Shown here piece after piece: positions 11,580 to 25,527 of a stretch of DNA of 64,000 bases. Every line of letters begins with the position of its first letter. The stretch's first letter is position 1. The notes below the pieces were generated by a model that did no database searches, had not been told where the DNA came from, and worked only from the letters and a program-made list of their open reading frames with translations. Made by a program: the position numbers and the translations under genes. The DNA lies in NCBI RefSeq assembly GCF_006345805.1, contig NC_043008.1, positions 10,912,001-10,976,000 on the forward strand. The letters run 5' to 3'. Origin of the DNA: Octopus sinensis. Taxonomy: Eukaryota.

Positions 11580-12890
11580 ATAGAATGTGAGAATGTGTAT
11601 GCTTAAAGAAAAATGAATGAACTGAGTCGAATTTTTGAGAGAATTGGCAGAGAAAAAAGCCTAGAGAGTTATAGAGAAGGAATAGGTTTTCGAAATAAAG
11701 GTAGCAGGAGAAGAGAAAGGGAGTAGAAGGAAGGAAATAGAAAAAGAGATTGTAGAGAAATATATTGAAGAGAAATAAAATGTTGGTGGATGATATTCAG
11801 ACATGGAAATATGAAAGAGGAAAGAAAACGAAAAGGAAATACAAATGTATAGTGAGAGGAAGATGAAAAAGAAAGGCAGAAAGCAGAGAGAAAGAAGTAA
11901 AAGAGAAAATAGAAAGAATGAATGAAAGAAATAAAGAAAAAATTATGATGGTTAATACAAAAGGAAGTGATAAATATAAAGAGAAAGATATAGAGAAGGA
12001 GTTAGAGTGAATAACGAAGGTGAAGGAAGGATTTTAAAAACTAGTAGGGAAGAGAAGGGAAAGAGAAATTATGTGAATTTGGGAAATAAAGGAAAGAATA
12101 TACAGAACGAAAAATATACAGAACTAATGGAAGATGAGAAATAAACAAAAAGAAAAGAATATATAATTGGGGAGAGAGGGAGAGAGAGAGACAGTGTGTG
12201 TGTGTGTATAGGAGAGAGAATGAGGGAAGGAGTGGAAGAGAGAGAGGGAGAGAGAGTATATGATAGACAGAGAGAGAGAGAAAGAGAGAGATTTGCAAAA
12301 GATCCCTAAAATAAAGCAGAACGCAAAGAAAGGAATAAAAGAAACGTAAAAACAAGAAAAGAAAGAGGGTCCGAAGTTGGGTGGGGAAGTGTAAGCATGA
12401 AGGAAAGAATTGAAGGAGAAAACCTTGAAGAACATGGAGAGAATGAATAAAGAATGATTAAAAAAAATGAGAAAGGAAAAGAAACAGAGTAGAGAGAGAA
12501 ATAGGGAGAAAAGGGAAGGAAAAAGAAAGGTAGGGAGAAAGAAAGGAAAAGAAAGAAAAAACAGGTGAGGAATGAAGAAAGAAATAAGGGAGAAAGATGG
12601 AAAAAAGAAAGGAAGGATGTAAGAAAGACGGAGAAAAACGAATGAAAGAAAGAAAGGCAGATAGAGAAAGAAAGGAAGTGAAAGAAAATTGAGAAAATAA
12701 ACACTGAAATATAATCCAAGAACGAGAGGGAAAAAACAGCGAAAAGCGAAAGAAAGAGAAATATATCGATGGAGAGATAGAGGGAGGGAGAGAGAAAGGG
12801 AGAGGGAGAAAGAGGGACAGAGAGAGAGAGGAAGAGAGGGGGAAAGTGAAAGAGAGAAGAAGGGGGAGGGAAGAGAGTGGAAAGAGGGAT
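11485..12890. repeat. About 1.4 kb polypurine (GA-rich) low-complexity tract including (GA)n
   Basis: Plus strand is almost entirely A/G. Confidence 0.9.
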
Positions 12891-13061
12891 GTTTAGAAAA
12901 CGAAAGACATGGGAAATAGAGAAAGTGTCAATGATACATGATTAAAATCGTAATTGTAATTAAAAAAAAATTCGAGCATAAAGAAAACGAAAGACAAGGA
13001 ATAGATATAGTGAAGCAGAGAGTGAAGAGTGAGAAGCTGAGGTAGAGAAAATGTTGAGAAA

Positions 13062-13110
<49 letters not shown>

Positions 13111-13114
13111 TATA

Positions 13115-13335
13115 TCTTCCCAGATCGCCATGTTGATTCGCTAGCTTCTGCACGCATTTTTTTTCTCTCCTTGTTTCTTTCTGTGTTTCTTTTCTGTGTA
13201 TCTTTCTGTTGAAGAGCGTAGGCTCGAAACGTAAAAGACTTGTTTTATTTATATTCCTGAGCGCCATACTAATACAATTGTTTGTTTATATTCCACCTGC
13301 CTTCGTCTTTTGTTTATTTTCATAAAGCTTCCCCT
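13115..13335 (+). mobile_element. Hammerhead-bearing short element, tandem copy 1
   Basis: tcttcccagatcgcc...ctgttgaagagcgtaggctcgaaacgtaaaaga...aagcttcccc, between TA runs. Confidence 0.7.
13201..13238 (+). ncRNA. Minimal type I hammerhead-like motif with CUGUUGA core
   Basis: Stem I UCUUU/AAAGA, CUGUUGA-A, stem II GAGC-GUAG-GCUC, GAAAC-GU-A; predicted cut after 13233. Confidence 0.65.
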
Positions 13336-13392
13336 ATATATATACATATATATATATATACATATATACATATATATATATACATATACATA

Positions 13393-13454
<62 letters not shown>

Positions 13455-13476
13455 ATATAATATATACATATATATA

Positions 13477-13697
13477 TCTTCCCAGATCGCCATGTTGATT
13501 CGCTAGCTTCTGCACGCATTTTTTTTCTCTCCTTGTTTCTTTCTGTGTTTCTTTTCTGTGTATCTTTCTGTTGAAGAGCGTAGGCTCGAAACGTAAAATT
13601 CTTGTTTTATTTATATTCCTGAGCGCCATACTAATACAATTGTTTGTTTATATTCCACCTGCCTTCGTCTTTTGCTTATTTTCATAAAGCTTCCCCT
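13477..13697 (+). mobile_element. Hammerhead-bearing short element, tandem copy 2
   Basis: Near-identical to 13115-13335 (period 362 bp; about 3 substitutions seen). Confidence 0.7.
13563..13600 (+). ncRNA. Minimal hammerhead-like motif, copy 2 (stem I weakened)
   Basis: Same core as 13201-13238, but the 3' strand of stem I reads AAAUU instead of AAAGA. Confidence 0.55.
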
Positions 13698-13751
13698 ATA
13701 TATATACATATATATATATATACATATATACATATATATATATACATATAC

Positions 13752-13830
<79 letters not shown>

Positions 13831-13910
13831 GTGTGTGTGTAGCGAAAGAGCGGGTGAAAATGAAAGTAAAAGAGAAGAGTGAGACAGACAACAATTAGTT
13901 GTCCAACTGT

Positions 13911-14220
13911 AGAGGTGCAATGGCCCAGTGGTTACGGCATCGGACGCGATTTCGATTGCCAAACCGGGCGTTGTGAGTGTTTATTGAGCGAAAACACCTA
14001 AAAGCTTCACCCTGCTGTACTCTTCCACCACAACTTTTTCTCTCACTCTTCCTGTCTCTATGGTACCTGTATTTCAAAGGGGCCAGCCTTGTCACACTCT
14101 GTGTCACGCTGAATCTAACCGAGAACCTCGTTAGGGGTACACGGGTCTGTGGAGTGTTCAACCACTTGCACGTTAATTTCACGAGCAGGCTGTTCCGTTG
14201 ATCGTAACCGACGGAGTGTC
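13911..14220 (+). mobile_element. tRNA-derived SINE family C, with internal deletions
   Basis: gaggtgcaatggcccagtggtta head; body and tail (gtaaccgacggagtg) homologous to 47116-47505. Confidence 0.88.
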
Positions 14221-14273
14221 ACGCGTTGCCAAATTATAAGAGAGAGAGAGAGAGAGAGAAGGAGAGAGAGAGA

Positions 14274-14569
14274 GAATGAAAGGCAAAGTCGAACTCGGCA
14301 AAATTTGAACTCCGAACGTAACAGCAGACGAAATACCTATTTCTTTACTACCCACAAGGGGCTAAACACAAAGGACAAACAAGGACAGACAAACGGATTA
14401 AGTCGATTGTATCGACCCCAGAACGCAATTGGTACTTAATTTATCGACCCCGAAAGGATGAAAGGCAAAGTCGACCTAGGCGGAATTTGAACTCAGAACG
14501 TAGCGGCAGACGAAATACGGCTAAGCGTTTCGCCCGGCGTGCTAACGATTCTGCCAGCTTGCCGCCTTT
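14274..14569 (-). mobile_element. SINE family A with partial second module
   Basis: Near-consensus copy ending ctgccagcttgccgcctt on the plus strand; extra B-box module at 14274-14340. Confidence 0.9.
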
Positions 14570-14944
14570 AACGAGGTTAATGGTAAGAGACATTTTAATT
14601 AGACATTATGACATAAAATTATGAAATATCAATTCATACTAATAAATTAAGATAGATTAACTCTTTTTGGCAGTATATGATTATAAAGTATTAGACTTAA
14701 AAGAAAGCTGAATAATTGCTAAATAGATGTGATTAATAATCTGGTGATTAATGAATGAAGCAATGAGGACAAAGTAGTAGACGGAACTGTGCGGAAGCTC
14801 ATTACATATTTGTTATATTCGTGTGTCTGTTTGTTTGTGCGTATGTGTATGTGTTTGTATGTCTGTGTGTGCGTATGTTTTTGTGCTAATTGCCGATGTA
14901 TATATGCGTACTTGTGTATGTATAATATATATATATATATAATA

Positions 14945-14984
<40 letters not shown>

Positions 14985-14986
<2 letters not shown>

Positions 14987-15065
14987 TTTCATCCAAAATG
15001 GAGACAACGAAAACAATATTCCTGCATGTGAACGGCTTGAAAAATTGTTAAAATATTAAGATATT
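14985..15065 (+). repeat. Short TA-adjacent repeat homologous to 428-495
   Basis: ccaaaatggagac...gtgaacggcttgaaaaattg. Confidence 0.55.
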
Positions 15066-15246
15066 TCTTAACAGAAACCAATGGTAGCCTTAATACAAAA
15101 ATAAAGACATTCTGTCCACCAATGCAGCCTTGACCACGCACGTCGTTCGACATTCACACACACACACATACACACATACGCACGCACACACACACACAAT
15201 GCACACACACACACAATACACACACACACACATATATATATATATG

Positions 15247-15415
15247 GGGAGATTTCAATAAAAAAATTCACCAAAAATCTAAAAACAAAAGACGAAGACA
15301 GGTGGTGTAGAAAACAAACGCTCGGGAATTGAAAAAGTCATTAACGTTTCGAGCCTAGGCTCTTCCGCTGAAAGGAACACAGAAAGAAACAAGGAAAAAA
15401 AATGTAGTGGCTAAC
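15247..15415 (-). mobile_element. Hammerhead-family short element, degenerate core (CAGCGGA)
   Basis: Minus strand cagcggaagagcctaggctcgaaacgtt; arms homologous to the 13115 copy; TA on both sides. Confidence 0.65.
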
Positions 15416-15959
15416 GATATATATATATAAATGAGGTAGTTAGTCACTTAACTAGTTAACCAATTAACTAGTCGATTGTTTGATTAATCGTTGCATCAAT
15501 CAGCCAGTCACCTGGCTTGTGAGACTTCGCCCATGATACGACCTCGTTATTTCAGCTTTGTATCATCTTCACCCAACATGTGATTGGATGACTGTTTCAG
15601 CATACATAGTGGAGAGTGCATTTACTGATGTGCTTTAGATATTTTTTCATTTTTATTGTAGCGCATTTGGGAGAAAACTGCGCAAGTGTATGTGAGTGTG
15701 CGTACGTATGTGCGCAGTATGTGTGCTGTGGGTGACTTGGAGAGTATCTGTAATCGAGCCTTCTTCTTCTTGCTTGCATTTGTTGATAAAGAATATTCCT
15801 CAGTTTCTGGTTGTTTATCTTCTACTCTTATCTCTTGTGTCTCATTGCAAAGAAGAATTTATTCTCAGAGGTACTTATTTCTCATAAACGCACGTGTGAG
15901 TTGTCATCCTCGCAACGCACATTTATATGAACGAGTGTATTCATGTGTGTGTGCGCGCA

Positions 15960-15961
15960 CG

Positions 15962-15997
<36 letters not shown>

Positions 15998-16023
15998 ATA
16001 TATATATATTATATATATTATAT

Positions 16024-16103
<80 letters not shown>

Positions 16104-16401
16104 CACATGTATACGTTTAATATTAAACAGATACTAATATATATTATTGTGTATATGTGCATATGTTTATTTATATAATGTTTATATTTAGATATGTATA
16201 TATATTTGTACATAAGATTCATCTAATATATATATACACACACACACACACACACCACACACACACACACACCACACATATATATATATATATATGTATA
16301 TACATATATATATATATACATATATATATAATATATAATATATATATATACTATATATATATAATAATAATATATAATATATAATATATATATATATATA
16401 C

Positions 16402-16496
<95 letters not shown>

Positions 16497-16500
16497 ATAT
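15960..16500. repeat. (TA)n/(CA)n microsatellite field
   Basis: Directly visible. Confidence 0.95.
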
Positions 16501-17009
16501 CTGTTCGATGTTTGCCATTGTGGCATGTGTGTCATTGTGTGTCATGTTGTATTTGTGCTTGTTGGTGTGCGCTTGTATAATATCATTCCGTCTCCGAACA
16601 CACATTTAGGAGATATGGAAGAAATCTAAGGTGAGACCGCTCCGACCTGAGCTATTTTTTAAAAACTCTGATTTACAGGACATTTTCGTTCCGATTGAGA
16701 GGAAAAGCAGATTTCGATGTATTTCGGAAAACGCATAACGAAACGAACAAATATATATATAAAAAAATACATTAACACAATTATGCATTTCCATTATTTA
16801 TGATTGTTTCCGAAATGCAACTTTTATTGAAACTCTCTCTCCCCAGGAACACACACACGCGCGTTTATATACATACACATATACGTATATACACACATAT
16901 ATACGTATACATATATATTCCCATTAGCGTTGTAGAGGCTACATTGATGTCGATGATCAATAAACATCAACTCGACTGAAATCAGAACACTTAAAACGAG
17001 CGTACAACA

Positions 17010-17012
17010 ATA

Positions 17013-17063
<51 letters not shown>

Positions 17064-17065
17064 GA

Positions 17066-17120
<55 letters not shown>

Positions 17121-17175
17121 ACTACCACTACTACTGCTGCTGCTGCGACGACTACTACTACTACTACTACCACCA

Positions 17176-17206
<31 letters not shown>

Positions 17207-17226
17207 GACTACCACTACAGCAGCTG

Positions 17227-17271
<45 letters not shown>

Positions 17272-17402
17272 TTACAACTACTACAACTGCTACTACTACT
17301 ACTACTGTTACCGCCACCACCATCAATCCACCTCCTCCTCCTCATAGTCCTCCTCCTCCTCCTACTACTACTGCTACTACTACATCTGGAGCGACCACCA
17401 CA

Positions 17403-17434
<32 letters not shown>

Positions 17435-17548
17435 AGCTGCTGCTGCTACTACTACTACTACTACCACCACCCCACCCCCACTACTGCTATTACTACTGCT
17501 ACTACAGCTGGTGCTACTACCACCACCACCACCACCACTACTACTACT
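17010..17548. repeat. Mosaic trinucleotide tract (CTA)n/(CTG)n/(CCA)n/(CCT)n
   Basis: Directly visible; explains the poly-Ser and poly-Val ORFs. Confidence 0.95.
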
Positions 17549-18874
17549 ACTACTACTTACACACACATATAATTAATATTTAGCGGAAGCAACCGCGTGA
17601 TTCAGGGGCTGAGAGTTTCGTGTGTTGGCACTTACCAAAGTGTCAGTCTGTAGTTTCTGCTAGATATTAACCAAAATATACATATACTCATGCTTTAAGT
17701 TCTATTCTGACTTTTTTGTATCCTCATACCTGTACACACACATACATATAGCATACACATATACACACACACATACACACACACACACACACGCACACAC
17801 ACACATATATATATATATACAGGTACATTCATGAATGCACACACACGTAGAGTGTGTTGTTTTTCAAGATTGTATAATTGAAAAACTGAAACATTCTACA
17901 TTATTGTATTAGTAGCATGAAGTTTAATTAGAAATTGCAAATTAAAACAAATACTGTTTGTATTTCGAGATTATAAACTGCTCAAATGCTTCAAATATGG
18001 CTTCTTCGTCTCGAATGTTTCATTACGTCACAAAATTTTCATGTGATTTCCACGACTGCAATTCATTGTTTTGTTGCTATTAGGTAACATCGGATGAAGA
18101 TTTTATAATCTGCACTTGTTAATATTCAGTTAGCGATTTGAGAAGCTGTGTGGATAATCCTTGCCCACACAGTTACTCCATCTCTGTTAACGAGTCTTGT
18201 CTGCTTTTATTTACAGTTTTTTTTCAGCCATTTTGTCGAAGTCGTGACTGTATGGGTTTACAGAAATTGATTTCCTTTGGGTGCCAAAATGCCGAATGCA
18301 TATTACTTTTGCAAACCGCCATAGCATCAAACTAACATTTATGGGTGCAGTGGTTACTGTACAAAATACTTTAGAAACTCATCTACGTCTAGCCATTAAG
18401 AATATTTTTCATGGTCAAACAATATTCGTTTCATCTAGCAAGAAATAATACTGTGAAAAAAAAAGGCGACTTTAAATATTGCAGATTAGCAACGCTAAAT
18501 GCTCTGCTAGATTCTGCTATTTCTAATGTTCAGTTCATTCACGAGGAACAGATTCATTTAACTTGTCCATTTTTCCGGTGACACACAGATGGGGAGAAGC
18601 AGTCAAAAGTGCTTTTTTACAATCTACTGCAAAATGTCAGTCTGTAGTTTCGCAGTAGTTTTTCTTAATTGGTTTCAATACAAGACAACCACAGCTTTCC
18701 ACCATGGCAGATTCTACAGAATCTCATTAAACTCCTCCACATAATCGCTTATTGGACAATTTCGAAAAGGATCCACGTCGAAGTATATTGGCTTCGGTCG
18801 TAATAATTTGGTTATGTTTTTATGAAATCTTTATTTTAAAAATAATATAAAGGATTCTATGTCATATATAATTT

Positions 18875-19125
18875 AATTTAATTTTTTTGGCTCAAAAAGC
18901 AAAAGCAAGGCCATGTAGGGGGACATGGAGTTATGTTACAGGGAGGGTGTTCATGCAAAGAGTTCAGGCCATTTCTGGTCTAGAGAGACTTTGTTCCGGG
19001 CGGTCGTCGGCATCTTCACTATCTCGTCCGGCAGCTTATTCCACGGATCCGTAACCCGGACGGAGAAAGCTCCTCTCCATCATTTTATTACATGTTCTTA
19101 GTTCTTAGAGCCAATTTTTGTCCTA
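18875..19125 (-). mobile_element. CR1-clade LINE 3' end
   Basis: Minus strand translates RGAFSVRVTDPWNKLPDEIVKMP...LDQKWPELFA* (CR1 ORF2 C-terminal FSxRV..WNxLP motif), followed by a short 3' UTR. Confidence 0.8.
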
Positions 19126-19283
19126 TGGAACTGATTTTACTCTTATTAGGAAGTTGGATTCTAAGAATACTGCGACTTACAAACGCTAATCCGGTATTCG
19201 TATATTGTACGCGTATACTAGCGTCTTTTCTCTCATTGATCATATATATTTTATTATTTATACATATATATTATTATATATAA

Positions 19284-19461
19284 TTTGACTGCGGCCATGC
19301 TGGAGCACCGCCGTTAGTCGAGCAAATCAACCCCAAGACTTATTCTTTGTGAGCCTAGTCCTCCTATTGGTCTCTTTTGCCGAACTGCTAAGTTACGGGG
19401 ACGTAAACACACCAACAACGGTTATAAAGCGGTGGTGGGAGGAGTAAATGCAGATACACAA

Positions 19462-19492
<31 letters not shown>

Positions 19493-19664
19493 TTTATATA
19501 GGACCGCCTTTTTCGGTTTCCGTCTACTAAATCCACTCGCAAGGCTTTGGTCGGCCCAAGACTATTGTACAAAACACTTGCCTAAGGTGCCACGCAGTGG
19601 GACTGAATCCGAAACCATGTGGTTGGTAAGCAAGCTACTTACCACACAGCCACTCCTGTGCCTA
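19284..19664 (-). mobile_element. SINE family B, full length (head, internal CA/TG microsatellite, 3' domain)
   Basis: Head at 19500-19664; the 3' domain ggcggtgctccagcatggccgcagtca is visible as its reverse complement at 19284-19315. Confidence 0.9.
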
Positions 19665-19859
19665 AATCTATACATATTTTTATGTCATGTTTAAAATTAA
19701 TGTGAAGTATTAATTAATACTTTTTGTAAAGTATAAATTCATTACACTTTTACCAGAATAGGTGACTTCATATCGAACCTTCGGCTTCCTACACTTCATC
19801 CGATGAAAGGTTCAAGGCCAAAACTTGTCAGTGTCACTCCTTCTCTCGTTAACGTATTA

Positions 19860-20330
<471 letters not shown>

Positions 20331-21052
20331 ATGAGGCAAAACGACTGGTCTATAATTGATTAATTCAATTTAAAATCAGATATAAAGTGGAGATTTGAAA
20401 AATCCACACCCAAAGAATTCAGTTCCAAGTTAGCATTAGGCAATCACAAAAGCCTTTCTCAATAAACTTCATATTGACATGATTCAATATATAGATTCTG
20501 TCTTTCATTTCTGTGCATGTGTTATTTTTTTTTTTTTGCTTCTCCTTTCAATATCAATGGATTTTAGATATTGGAAGTTGCAGATTTTGTTTTCACTAGT
20601 TTAATATACCATAGAAATAAATGGAAACGTATAACCCCTGAAAACGATGTAGCACAAGTGAGAAGGAGAGGATGTTAAGCCCGAAAGTGCACGAGGACAA
20701 AGTTTTCAAATAGGGAAAACATAGATCGGAAATATTTATAAAATATATGTTGTAATGTAAAGGAAGAAAAAAAAAAACAGGGGAAAAAAAATGAAGTTCA
20801 CTTTGAAGGAATACAGATAGAGAAGAGGAAGGGTGGGTGGGGGAGAGAGGGAACGATCGAGAGAGATGTATTGTTCTGAAACATATTATATAGATTGGAA
20901 ATATTTGTAAAAAAAAAATAATGTTTTTAAAACTTAGGAAGTAATAAAACTAGATTCAGAAAGAGAAAGGAAGTGAGTGAAAGAGAAAAAAGGGGTTAGT
21001 AAAGAAGATTGATAGACTTAAGAAATAAAGACAAGAGAACATAGAGTTTGAT

Positions 21053-21630
<578 letters not shown>

Positions 21631-22029
21631 AGAAAGAGACACAAACTAAGACAGAGAATGGGTAGAGGAAGAGAAAAGCTGAAATGTTTTGTCTGATCAG
21701 ATTATTGCTTTTTGTGTTGAGGAACTAATTTTATCTTAGTGAGCTTCAGATTGTCCTCGCATATCGAAGAACTGCTATTTCCCTGATGGGTTTTCGTATC
21801 TCCACTCTGCGTTTATATTCTTCATGTTAAAAAAACTGCATACGTGTTCAGATACATACAGCTGTATTTAAATTTATTTATGTTTGTATACATAATTTGA
21901 CGATTTTTTTAGGTTTCCTTTTTTTCACGAACACCTCGATGTATTGTTGAAAAGTCAACGACGTTGGAGAACATAAATATTAAATTATAGTTAAGAGCTT
22001 AACTGGCATAGAGGACTTGAAGCCATCTG

Positions 22030-22750
22030 AATATTGGAAAAGAGTTATCTGTATCATAATGTCTCGCGGCAGACATCATCGCTGCTGCTCAATGCTCTGT
22101 GAACATTGCAAGGGCTGTAAGACGAGACATGGATTGATGCAAAGGAGAGTACAGTGTCGTGGTCAGCAGGAGGGGACACAATAGGGTTCCTGACTGTATC
22201 TAAGAATCAGATTTCATTTGCACTTTGAACTGGACCTTGGACTTAATTCAGACAACTATGTGAAGCTGCAGAGATTGTAGGTGAAACCCTGGCTGGTGAG
22301 TATTATTACTGCTTGAAGGCCATATGTCTGGTAAAAGGATAATGAAACAGCCATAAGCAGCTGTCGGAGAATTCTTGCATCTTCACCAGCTTGCGTTTCT
22401 GGAACCCCTAATTCCCTTAATTGAAATACCATGGACTACTGTGTGGAGCCCAGTTGAGAAATACACCAACCGCTTTGTCTGCAACACCAAGGCCGAGTTG
22501 ATGTCCAAGATCGTGGAGGTGTTCAAAAATCTTCTAAGGAGCACAGTAAGAAATGCATGCGCTAGATTCCAGAGCCGTCTTGAGGTTGTGGGGGTGGGGA
22601 AGCACATGGCAGCTACTTTCAGTAAACTGTGACCGATATTTTTTGATTTTTAAAAATACTTTTATTTTTGAGTGGGTTATTGTTTTTATTTCCTTTTTAT
22701 GCAAACTTCTAAATTTGTCTCATTTTAAATCTGATTATTACCGACCTAAT
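22030..22750 (+). mobile_element. Internally deleted Tc1/mariner element of maT (DD37D-like) type
   Basis: N-terminal ADIIAAAQCSVNIARAVRR joined to LNSDNYVKL..PWL..RPYVW*KDN and WTPNSLN*NTMDYCVWSPVEKYTN...ACARFQSRLEVV; TIRs not resolved. Confidence 0.75.
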
Positions 22751-22942
22751 TGATAACAACTCATAAATTGCTATAAATATTGATGCCCTTTCCTACGAGG
22801 ACCTTTGAGATTTATCCCGATTGTCGAAAATACTTTCTTGCTTTACGTTCTAAGTTATCAACCTTCTTGCCTTGCATGATCCCATATCTTACTGCAAAAT
22901 CCTTATTTTAAATAGTGCTGAAATTCTCTTCCCTATTATATA

Positions 22943-23505
22943 TTGGGTTTTCCGGAATGTTCATGCCGATTTATAGTAGCTTAACTTTCGACTTATATTA
23001 GAACATAGTTGAGTCCACAAAATAGGATTTGACTACACTTCCATTTAGAGCACAGTTTAAGCTATCTTCTCATAGAAGAAGGTTTATGTTCCTATAACCT
23101 GTGTTAATTCTGTAACTCTTTCAAATGGAAGATAAGAAAGTTCATTTTCGGCACTTGATGCTTTGGGAACCAGACAAAAATTGCTACAGCTCGGCTTGGA
23201 TGTGTTACCCCACCCAAAATATTCACCACATATTGCTCCTTCGGATTTCCACTTATTCAGGTCTCTGCAGAATAGTCTTATTGGTAAAAATTTCAATTCC
23301 TTGGATGACGTAAAAAGATACCTTGATGATTTCTTTCCCATGAAATTACTTCAATCTGGGAAGAGGGTATTTTCAAGTTAAAGGAGAGATGGAGATGCAT
23401 TGTGCAACAAAATGGTTCATATTTGGTTGATGAAAATGTAATGGCAAGTATTTATTGACCTTTTTCTTTCCTTTAAAAATCGGCACGAACCTACCGGTTA
23501 TCTAC
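22943..23505 (+). mobile_element. Non-autonomous mariner deletion derivative (about 560 bp)
   Basis: TA|ttgggttttccggaatgttcatgccgattt left TIR and aaatcggcacgaacctaccgg right TIR; MEDKKVHFRHLML fused to TRQKLLQLGLDVLPHPKYSPHIAPSDFHLFRSLQNSL. Confidence 0.88.
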
Positions 23506-24038
23506 GCATCATGTTACTTTCCCTGCTGTTGATGATTATACAGACAAGTTTTATATATAAATGAACCGCCTAAATCCACAATTGTTTTTCCTGATATTTC
23601 CTTCTTTCTCCACTTTTATTACTAGTATACACGTCATACTATTTTAGCCGTCTTTAAATAAATTAATATTACATTAATCTTCGTATATTCATTATATTTT
23701 GTTTCAGCGGTTACACAAAAATCTTAACATCAAATATTTTACTTCATTCTTAAAATTGCAAAATCGCGCTTTCTTCATTAAAATGAACTGTTTTTAATCG
23801 ACCCATTAATAGTTAATCGATCCGCCAGTAGTTAATAATAGTCTTACTCTCCACTCCATCGGTCGACCGCCAATCTGTTTTTAAATTTATTTTCAATTTA
23901 TAATTCTAGTTAAATTTACTTTATGAAACTTTCTAAACAACAGATTTAATTATCAAGTAAAGTAACAACAATCTTAACCACATTTAAAACGTAATTTTCC
24001 TAATCGAATAATAAATACGCAGTCGTAGATTCTAATTA

Positions 24039-24552
<514 letters not shown>

Positions 24553-24554
24553 CA

Positions 24555-24723
24555 TATATACGACGGGCTTCTTTCAGTTTCCGTCTACCAAATTCACTCA
24601 TAAGGCTTTGGTCGGCGCGAGGCTATAGTAGAAGACACTTGCCCAAGGTGTCGCGCAGTGAGACTGAACGCAGAACCATCTGGTTCGTAAGCAAGCTACC
24701 TACCAAAGCCACTCCTACGCCTA
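24555..24723 (-). mobile_element. SINE family B 5' half, inverted relative to the 24039 copy
   Basis: cgacgggcttctttcagtttccgtctacc...gccactcctacgcc. Confidence 0.9.
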
Positions 24724-25459
24724 TATGTACACACATGTGTGTGTGTGTGTGAGCGTATGTGTGATTGTGTGGGCGTGTGTATGTGCAAGGGCGTATGTTT
24801 TTGCAGATATATGAAGAAGAAAGTGAAATAATGGCAAATAGAATGCGCAATGACGGCAATCTTTAACTAGAAAATAATTTGAATTGGTTATGAGTGCTGC
24901 ATGAGGCAATAAAGTACTGCGAAGCGAAAACTTAAATAATGACTAAAGTATAATGAGCAAAATGAAAATTAAAATGAGTTTCTCTATTTCTAGTGATTTT
25001 GTTTAAATTCGAAAACTTAAAACTAGTTAGCTTAGTGTTGCCACTACTAATATCTAAGACTATTCCGTATACAAACAACATAAAACGGCTTTTCATTGTT
25101 TAAGGTCAAGACACAAGAGAAAAATTAGTGCTTTGGTATTCATCTTATTTTATTTGCTTTGTATGTGTTTATAAATATTTCGCCATTTTACCATATAGAA
25201 CATAATTAATATGAAGTAGGAAGAAAAAATATATCGATATGCAACAAAAGTGAATGTTCCTTGGTTGTCATTAAGGAAACATTGAAATTATTTGAAAGTC
25301 GGATAATAATAAGAAAATGTATTAAAAATACAAACAAAAGATGGGAAGAAAAAGACCAGCAACAACAACAACAAATATTAAAAATTACAATACTGAAATA
25401 ACCACAAAAATGAACTTTAAAATAATGTTTTTTATTGTTTTGCTTTTGTATGTTGCCAA

Positions 25460-25461
25460 TC

Positions 25462-25525
<64 letters not shown>

Positions 25526-25527
25526 CA
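25460..25527. repeat. (ATT)n microsatellite
   Basis: Directly visible. Confidence 0.9.

Noticed and set aside
18640-18725. AMVESCGC on the minus strand resembling a TGF-beta C-terminus
   Set aside because: Upstream in-frame stops, weak acceptor, no other cystine-knot cysteines, and the motif is not terminal
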